This document shows, piece by piece, positions 18,493 to 27,400 of a stretch of 64,000 bases of DNA. The stretch covers positions 1 through 64,000 of IMG/VR virus record IMGVR_UViG_3300008120_000061; one strand, given 5' to 3'. Each line of letters opens with the position of its first letter. The stretch's first letter is position 1. Origin of the DNA: a virus. The translations under genes were made by a program, and so were the position numbers. The notes under the pieces are model-generated. The model did no database searches. It saw only the letters and a program-made list of their open reading frames with translations, and was not told the origin of the DNA.

Positions 18493-21400
18493 TTGGCTTT
18501 AATTAAGAATATAATTCAGACCCAGTTTACTAGTACTGGATCTGGCGCAGTAAATAAACAAGTAGAAACTTTAAATAAAAATCAAACCCGCCTAGCACAG
18601 AGTAGTGCTAGCGCGGGTCGCTCTTTTGCTGCGCAATCACAAGGTTTAGGTGGTTTAGTTGGTGCCTATGCTGGTGCTGCTGCAACTACATTTGCCCTAC
18701 AACAAGCCTTCTCAAAATTAGCTGCTGCTGCTCGTGCTGAACAAACTCTAGAAGGTCTTAAAAGCTTAGCCACTGCTAGCGGTGAGTCTAGTTCTATCTT
18801 GCTTAAAAATGTTCGTGAAATAACTAAAAACCAATTAACACTTGCAGAAGCCGCACAACAAATTAACCTTAGCTTAAGTGCTGGTTTTGACCAAAGACAA
18901 ATTGAAGGACTAGCTACTGTAGCTATAAAAGCGTCACGCGCGTTAGGACGTGATTTAACTGACGCTTATACTCGTGTTATTCGCGGTTCAGCTAAGTTGG
19001 AAACAGAACTCTTAGACGAACTTGGTATTTATACTAAAATTGGACCATCTACTCGTGCTTATGCTGCTGCCTTAAATAGATCAGCAGAATCATTAACAGA
19101 ATTTGAACGTCGTCAAGCATTTGTTAATAGCGTTATTGCAGAAGGAAATAGAAAATTCTCTTCTATAAATACTACTATACCAACTTCCGCAGAAAGGCTA
19201 GAAGCTTTTGGCGTTAAGATTGTTGATGTAGCTACGCAAATGGGTATTCTCTTAGCTAACTATCTAGCTCCATTGGCTGACTTCTTAACAAATAATTTTG
19301 CGGGTAGCTTAGCTGCAGTAGGTACACTGCTTGCTTTAATTTCTAAGACAGCCGTAGGCGCTTTAGGTTCGGCTATAGGTAAATTAGAAACTAAAATTGA
19401 ATCTTTTACTAGTAAAACTAGTGGTTGGCTAGCTAAAAATGGTGGGGACTGGCAAGGGTATTCAAAAAAAGCTCAGGAAGCTATGCAAAGCGTAAATACT
19501 CAAATGCGTGGATTAAACAAAGCAGAGCAAAGCCAACTTTCTGCCTTACGTGAAACTTCTAAACAACGCGCACTAACAAGTTCCGAGCTAAAATCTGCCA
19601 ATGACATTTTGAAAAAAAGAGAAGATAGTTTAACTACCCTGACAGCTACTCAGACAAAAGAATTAGCGGTTCTTACGGCTTCACGAGCGGCAGGCAAGCT
19701 ATCACAAGACCAAACTAAAGCTCTAGATACTACTATAAATAATTTAACTAAAAGACTCGAAATAAACCAGGCTATACTTGCTAGTACAACTGCTCAAACT
19801 AAACTTTTTGGAGCTGCCCAAGCTGCTACCGGGGCTAGAATAGCAGCAGTTACTGCTACAGTTGCTTCAGGATTTAGTACTTTAGTAGTAGGAACAGTAA
19901 GTGCTGGTAGAGCTTTACTTGGTCTAACATCAGGTTTTCTTGGGGTTGTGTCAATTGCATCTTTAGTTGGTAGTTCTATTGCCGGATTAATGGGTAAACA
20001 AGAAGCTTATAACGCCTTACTAAAAGAAGGGGCACTAGCTTTAGGAGCATTCTTTAATCCTGGGGCTGGAAATAGTACTCAGGAATCTTTTAATGCATTA
20101 GCTGCTGCTGCCCTAGAAGATATGTCTAAAGTAGACGCTACACTAAGAGACATAGATACTTTTAAGATTAAAGATAAAGTTTTTGGTATAAGCGTTGATG
20201 TAGAAAAAACAAAAGAAGACTTAGTACGCGAAGTTGGAGCTATTTTTGAAGAAGTAGCAAAAGACGGACAAAAGACTTTTACAGAGAGTTTTGCTTCTGG
20301 TAGTGCTGCTACAGGCGGATTATTAGGTTATATTTTTGGAGGTTCTATTATTAGAGGGATTGCCTCTTTTGTAACAGCTAGAGGATTAACAATGCTTGGC
20401 GGAGCGCTTGGTACTGCTTTTGGGGGTCCTATTGGTACTGCTGTTGGTGCGGCTATAGGTGCAGCAGCAGGTGCTGCTTTTGAGTACTATTTCTCAAAAA
20501 GCTTAGACGATTTAGATCCTCAGGCTTTAGAAGATGCACTAATTACTGTTGGTAGAAGGGTTTATAATGACCCTGAAGCATTTGCAGGTATAAATGAGAC
20601 ACTAGCACAAGCTCTATATAAAATAGAAGAACAATACGGAGCATTAGCAGAAGCTTCTTTTGCAGGTAGAGAATATTATAGAATTATGGTACAAGTGGCG
20701 GAAGCCATTGGAGACTCTTCTAACAACCTAGAAATATTAACTGATCTATCAAAAGCTTTAGGAATTTCTATTGTAGATTTAAAAAAGAATTTTACCGATC
20801 TAACAAGCGGCAATGGCAACATTCAACTTATACCTAAATTAGATATACCAGATATTAGCCTACCTGCGTTAACTATTACTATACAAGATGAAAAAGCTGT
20901 ATTAAGTAGACTAGCTACAATTAGTGATATTGCAAATGAGTTAGCGTCAAGCTATTTTATAACTCCTGAACAAACTAACTCAGTTTTAACGTTATCAAAT
21001 GCTATTGGTGATTTGGCTGCTATAACTCAAACAGCTAGTACAGACATATTACTAGCTAATAATAATTTACAATCTTTTCGTAACGCTGTTGATGATGGGT
21101 CTATAACCTTAGAGAAATTTGCGGAAAATGAAGCAGCTGTATCTAAGAGTTTAATTAGAGCCGGTGCCGCATTAGATGTTGCTAAAGATAAATTAGCCGA
21201 ATTAAAAGATCAAAGAGCTGCCGCTGAAGAACTTGGTATACCAACACAATTATTAGAAATACTTAATGAGGAAATTAGGTTACAGTCAAGTATAGTAGCA
21301 GAAATATCTAAAGGTATTGGTGCTACTCAAGAAAGACTTGGAATACTACTAACAGAGTCCCAGGCTCTTAGAGATCAGTTAAAGATTAAAGAGAACATAA

Positions 21401-24400
21401 CAACACTATTTGATGCAGAATTAAAAACTAAATTAGATCTTCTTGCTGTAGATCAGGCTAGTGGAGCTTTAGCTGCTACTTCTTTTGAAAAAGATTTGGC
21501 AAGAGCTGCTTTTTTACAAGATATATTAGAAAAAAATAAGGAGTCATATGACGCTAGACTTAAGTTCGAAACTGATGTAAACGAAGTACTAAAGGCCGCC
21601 GGTAAGGATCAATTAGGATTACAATCTGAAATATTCTCACTAGTTGGTAATACTGGACAAGCTCGTTTAGCTGAGATAGACGCAGCCTACGGGTTAAATG
21701 GTGCATTATCTAGCCTTAATACCCTTTCTTCAGATGCATCTGAAGAAGCTAATAACTACAATGACGCATTGAAAGTTGTTAAGGTAACTGCTCTAGAAAT
21801 ATATGAGGCACTACGTAAAGGCACTGAAGAATTTGATAAACAACTTAAGCAAGTAGAAAGAGATATTTCTGAATTTGTAGCTGAAGATAGAATAGTAAAA
21901 CTAAGATTAGAAGCTGAAACCCTAAACTTAAATTATGAAGCTGTACAAGCGCAATTAGATGCACAGATAGCTTCTCTACAGTCTCAAATAGATATAGTTG
22001 AGGCATTAGCAGATTTAGATAATTTTGCTACTGTAGACTCTATTGTGGCCGAGGTTAACGCTGCTCTAGCAAATACTAAAGTTCAAGTTGAGGTACCGAA
22101 AGAACTTCAAAATTTAAGCGCAGTAGAAGCAGCTAAAACTGTAACACAAAAGCAATATGAAATATTAGCTTTACAAATTGATGCAGAAAACAAGCGCTAC
22201 TTAAATGAACTTCAAAATATAGCTATTGAAAAAGATATATTAAAACAAGAATACGCTCTAGAAGTGTCTAGAAGAGAAGCCGAGAAACAATCTAGATTAG
22301 CAGAGATAGAAGTTCAAAGAAATAATTTAACAGCCTTAGCTAGTACCTATGTTAAAAGTCTAACACAGCAAGAAGGCATAAATCAAATTTTAGTAGAAGG
22401 CTTAGCTAGAGTATTTTCTGAAGGAGCTTCTAGAATAGCTCTTGCAGTGGGCGCTGCGGCTCCTCCTGGTATAGCTGTTCCTAAAATGGGGCTGGGTGAG
22501 GCCGCAATAGCAGAAAATATTACAGCAGCTGCAAAGGCTTATGCTCCAGCATTTGATAAATTAACATCATCTATTGAAGATTTTTATTCTAAAACTGCCT
22601 ATGCAGCTGCAGAGAATCATGCGACAGCATTAGATAATTTTGACGAGCAAGCAGATGCTGCTGCAGCTGCTCATGCAGCTAACCTAGAAGGTTTTAGAAA
22701 CGATGGTATAGCAATTGGTATTGCTGGTCGTCAAGCATTAAAAACTATTGCAGATGAAAATGCTAAACAAGCCGAAGACGATGCAAAAAAGCGTGCCGAA
22801 GCTTTAGAAGAAATGCAAAAGATTATAAATGAAACCGGAGAAAAGATAAAAGAACTCACTAAGCAATTAGCTCAGCAAATTTTAGATACTCTTGGAGGAG
22901 TTGTTACTTCTGTTATGCAGAAAAAAGTTGATCTTTTAGCTGCTCAAGAAACTATGATTTCAGATACATTAAGTCTTATATCTGCTAAAACAGAAGAGGC
23001 AAGTAATAAGTTACAACAAACTTTAGAAAAAGAAAACTCACTAAGAGAAGAGGTCGCCTCTAAGACTGAGGCTGTAAATAAATCTTATACTGATTTTATT
23101 GACGCTTTAGTAAGCAGTGACGGTAAAATACAAGAATCAGGTAAGGAATATGTTTCAAGACTATTAGAACAAAAAAATTCTATAATGGAATTGAATAAAG
23201 CAGGATCTGCTAGAATAGCTCAAGAAGGAGCTGCCAAAACTCTAGAAGAAATGAAAATAGATTTAGAGAAGCGTTTAGAAGAAGTAACTGCTAATCGCAT
23301 TAAAGCAGACGAAAAACTACAAAAGACACAAGAAACTTTATCAGTTTTGAGTGATCTACTTAATAGTAAATTTACTCAAATGACATCTACCATAACTCAA
23401 CTTTCTCAAGCTATAGGAGCTTTTAATTCTATGGGTGGAGTAGGTGGTGCTGCTGGGATCGGTTTTCAACCGATTGTAAATAAATTTGCTGACGCAGTTA
23501 AGCAGTTTAATAAAGCTGCCGAAACAGCGGGTACAGCCTCTAAACAAAGTACTGAAGCAAGTACCAATATTGCAGGCGCAGGTAAGAACATAGCAACAGC
23601 GTTTAATCAAAATGTTGTTAAAGCTATGGACCTATTTGGTGCGGCTTTAGATGGTTTTAATCTTGGATCAATGATAGGGCAGCTAACTGGTGATATGGGT
23701 ATGGGAAGTTCTATAGGCGGCGCTATTGGCGGCATAGTATCTGCTATACCAGCCTTTAGTAATGCAATAGCTGGAGCAATAACTGGTGCTCTTGGAAAAG
23801 GATTTTTTGCCACAGCATTAGGTGCGGCAATCCCAGTATTAGGTCCTATCATAGGCGCTTTACTAGGTGGGTTATTTAGTAAAAAACCTAGAGGACAAGC
23901 TCAGGGCACATTAACTTCTGAAGGCTTTGAAACTACTAGTATGTCAGGTAGAAAAATAGATGTTAAAGCTTTAGCTAGTATAGCTGAAGCGTCTCTTACT
24001 GGGGTAATATCTTCTTTAGCAGCTGCAGGCATATCGTTTTCTGACACTGTTAATACAAGCATTAGCTATTATAAAAAAGGAATTAACGGTGCAACCTTAG
24101 AATTTGCTAACGGTTTTAAAGCATCGTTTGAGGGTGGTACTGCCGAACAGGCTGGAAAATTCTTTGTAGATTCTTTCTTTCAGGGATTAAGGATTGGCAG
24201 CTTAACTATTGACGAATCTATGCCGGCAGCCGATAGAATCCAAGCTGCTATAGATAGATTTGCAACTCTAGCAGACGTAGCTGAAAAAACAGCTGAAAGA
24301 CTTGATAAAGCTATTCAATTTGCTTCTGAATTTGATACTTCATTAGCAGAACTAAGCGGTACTGGTTCTTCAGTTGCACAAATATTTAAAGCTATAAATA

Positions 24401-27400
24401 ATGCTGCATTAGCTAATGCAAATAATGTAGGTAGATACTATTCTGATTTCTTAGCAGACACTAAAGAAGTATTTGGTGAAGCTAGTTCTGAGTACGAAGA
24501 AGCATATAATTCTGTAGTAGATAATGCTTTAGCTCAAATAGGTTTGGCTAAGGACTTAGAAGGTAATATTATTTCTGTTGCAGAAGCAATGAAAGGTTTA
24601 GCTATTGCTAACATACAAGCTTTTAGCACTGTACTTGAAGAATTAGAAATACCTGATGTAGATACTATTATTACTCAAGCTATAAATGCTAAATTAACTA
24701 CTTTAGTAACTGACGTTGGGGATGCTTTATCTAGCAGTATAGAGAAATTAAAAGAACCAACATATGCTGCTGCATTTGAGCTTAGAGATATGCTGGAAGA
24801 AAGTGCTGCTAGAATATCCGACTTACAAGGTATCTATGACCAACTTAATAAGGAAATTGGAGAAGGCACAAATGTAAATGCTGATATAGTTACAGGCGCC
24901 GCAGATAATATTGCTAAAGCTACAGAATTAGCTGCCTTGCAAGTTGACGCCTACATAAATACTCTTGATAAATCTGGCCTAAAAGCTATCATTACTAATG
25001 AAGCATGGGGTAACGCGGCGGCACTAGCTGCCGCGGAAACTCGTTTAGCTACTATACTAGAGTATGAGCGTATCCAAGCTATAGTAAAATTTGTAGAGGT
25101 TAGCAGAAATTTTAGAAAGAAATTAGCTGAAATATCAGGCCAAATGGTAGACATTTCAAAGATACCTATTTCATTTACTGCCATAACTGATGTTATGAAA
25201 GCATTTGACCAACAAGTAAGTACTAGCTTAACTAATAGTTTTACAGGTTTTCTTAATAGTATAGGTAAGGGAGAAGACATTACAACTAACTTCGAAGATG
25301 CTATAACTCTACTAAATGATAATTTTATTAGTGGTGAATTAGATAGTATTGCGTATGCAAATGGTCTTGAAATGCTACAAGAAGTATCGGTTTCTGTGTT
25401 AGAAGAAATTAAATCTATGGTAGACGAATATGAGTCTCTATTAAATCAAATTGCAAACTCCTATACTGACTCAAAAAATACTGTTATATCAGCCATTCAA
25501 CAATTAGGTGAAGATCTTATATCTTTAACTCAAAACATAACAGACCAAACTTCAGAGATTTTAGGTATTTATGACGATACTCTAGCTAGCGTAGCGGAAT
25601 CAGGAAATGAATTATTTGATTTACGTGACACAGCTAAAGAAGCATTTTCTACTGCAGCTAAAGCTGTTGCAGAATTTGAAAAGAGTAATAAACTTAGTGG
25701 AAAATCTTCTGCAGCACTACGTGGAGAAATTGTAAGTGTACAGTCACAATTAGATCAGTTATTAGCTGGAGGATCTTTAGATTTTGCTGGATTTGCACAG
25801 TTTACAGAATTAAGCGCTAAGCAAAATGCCTTAAAGAAAGAACTTAAATCACTTGTCACTGTTGAAGCTGAATATGAAGCTTTACTAGCTACTAGAAGTA
25901 GTAGTCAAGAAGATTTAGCATTCGTAGAAGCTACTCTAGCTACGTTAAATGATGAACTAATAGATACTCGTGTAAAAGAATCAGATATAATTAAAAAAAC
26001 TAAAGATTCAACACAAACTTTTCTAGAATCACAACAGGATCTAAGAACAATAACAGAACTTCTTTCAGAGTCTAATTTTAATTTAAATCAGGTTAGAATT
26101 GATGAAGAGTCTGTGATAAATAGAATGAGAGCTGCGTTAAACGAGTTTAATAGAGATACTACATCTTTAACAGAAATACTAACTGTTGTAGGAGGCGTAG
26201 CTGGTGCTGCACTAAGAGATTCATTTATTGAGGCAGCTAGACAAAATGCTGAAATTATGTTTGCAAGTTTAGCTGATCCAATAAGAAATCAAGAAGTAGC
26301 CACAGCTGTACAAGGAGCTTCTGATGCTTTTACACAACTTGAAAATTTAATAGGTAATATAGCTTCTTATTTCCAACCAGCAAATGCTATATCTCAAAGT
26401 TTAATAACTGTTAGTAATGCTAGCATAGCGCTAACTGATAGATTTGAAGAATTTAGTGATGACTTAGTAAGATATTTAGATCAAGAAGGACTTTCTCAAT
26501 TTTATGGTCAAGGTGGAATATTCTCACAATTTAGGGATTCCCTACTTACTACTCTACAAACAGATGGATTTGACGTTCTAACTGCTTCTGGCGGGCCTAT
26601 GGAATCATTTAACCTAAACTTAATGACCATAGGTACTGCTATAAATACTCTAACACAATCTGGAAATTTCTTAAATGTAAGTATACAAGCGGTTGAAACT
26701 TCTTTTGGTAATTTAATTTCTGCTGTAGGTACAGACCTAGAAGGATTAACTAGTGCTTTTGTAGGCCTTTCAGTAGTTAATCAAACAATTGGAGATATAG
26801 AAACTGCTGCACTACAACTTATATTAGAAGATGTTGGACAAATTGGAATAGCTATGGATAGTCTCGGCAATTTAGATGTAAATTTAGATGCATTTACATC
26901 TTTAGACGAGCTGTACGGATCTATACTAGTAGTAGAATCAACATTAAATAATATAAATTTTGAAGTAGCTGCAACAAGTGCTGTTAATTCTATAACTAGT
27001 GCTATAGAAGTAGTTAATAGCAGTATACAGGAAATAAATATTGACCCTGCAACACAGAATATAATAGGACAAGTAAATTCTTTTGTTACTGCTATTAATA
27101 GTACTTTACAAGCAGTTAATATAAATGTAGATACTACAGGAATTGTTAATTCTGTAACTACTGCTCTAAGCACTCTTAATAGCACGTTACAAGCAGTTAA
27201 TATAAACGTGTCTGCTACCAGTGCTGTTAATTCTATAACTACTGCCATAAGTACTATTGATAGCACTTTACAAGCAGTTAACGTTCAAGTAGGCACTACA
27301 GGGTTTGTTAACTCTATAAACACTGCCATAAGTACTATTAATAGCACTTTACAAGCAGTTAATATTAGCACGGCTGCAACAAGTGCTGTTAATTCTGTAA